Under the pieces are notes generated by a model. It had not been told where the DNA came from. It was given only the letters and a program-made list of their open reading frames with translations, and made no database searches. A DNA stretch of 62,721 nt, the filler included, from Sphacelaria rigidula (lineage: Eukaryota): the NCBI GenBank assembly GCA_964200075.2. It is 9 parts of 9 records of this genome, joined end to end, with 100 filler letters (N's around TTAATTAATTAA, not from the genome) between each part and the next. Parts side by side here need not be neighbours in the genome. Positions count along the whole stretch, not along the records: positions 55,843 to 62,721 come from CAXNAA020017606.1; 8 more parts are not named here. The stretch is one strand, 5' to 3'. The position numbers and the translations under genes are program-made. Below are positions 62,697 through 62,721 of the stretch, one piece after another (position 1 is the stretch's first letter; each line of letters begins with the position of its first letter).

Positions 62697-62721
62697 GGGG
62701 GGGAGCACTCGAGTCATTGCT

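Noticed and set aside
1..62721. Fanzor/TnpB, intact transposase, reverse transcriptase or phaeovirus core genes
   Set aside because: No RuvC, DDE, YxDD or NCLDV hallmark motifs were recognisable in the ORF track; heavily decayed copies cannot be excluded without an HMM search.

Overview
Repeat-rich, intron-rich eukaryotic DNA, most consistent with a brown alga (Phaeophyceae): an EsV-1-7 cysteine-repeat exon, TTAGGG telomere-type repeats, and long GT-AG introns with short exons. The window is not one contiguous locus. It is nine contigs of 6881, 6881, 6881, 6880, 6880, 6880, 6880, 6879 and 6879 bp, sorted by length and joined by 100-bp N44-TTAATTAATTAA-N44 linkers, so nothing should be linked across the gaps. 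Supported genes are all partial and spliced: the 3' five exons of a SNRNP40 (U5-40K WD40) homologue, three exons of a DUF2608-like HAD-superfamily gene, one exon encoding two EsV-1-7 repeats, and a few orphan coiled-coil exons. The rest is dominated by non-autonomous mobile DNA: TTAA-flanked piggyBac-type MITEs (including a six-copy cluster), two tRNA-derived SINE families, LINE 3' fragments, foldback elements, a tandem array of TIR-bounded units, and a dispersed family headed by telomere-like repeats. A ~460-nt hairpin is a miRNA/hpRNA precursor candidate. I found no CRISPR array, intact transposase or reverse transcriptase, rRNA or bona fide tRNA, and no convincing novel multi-gene system. 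Most ORFs in the supplied track are spurious.
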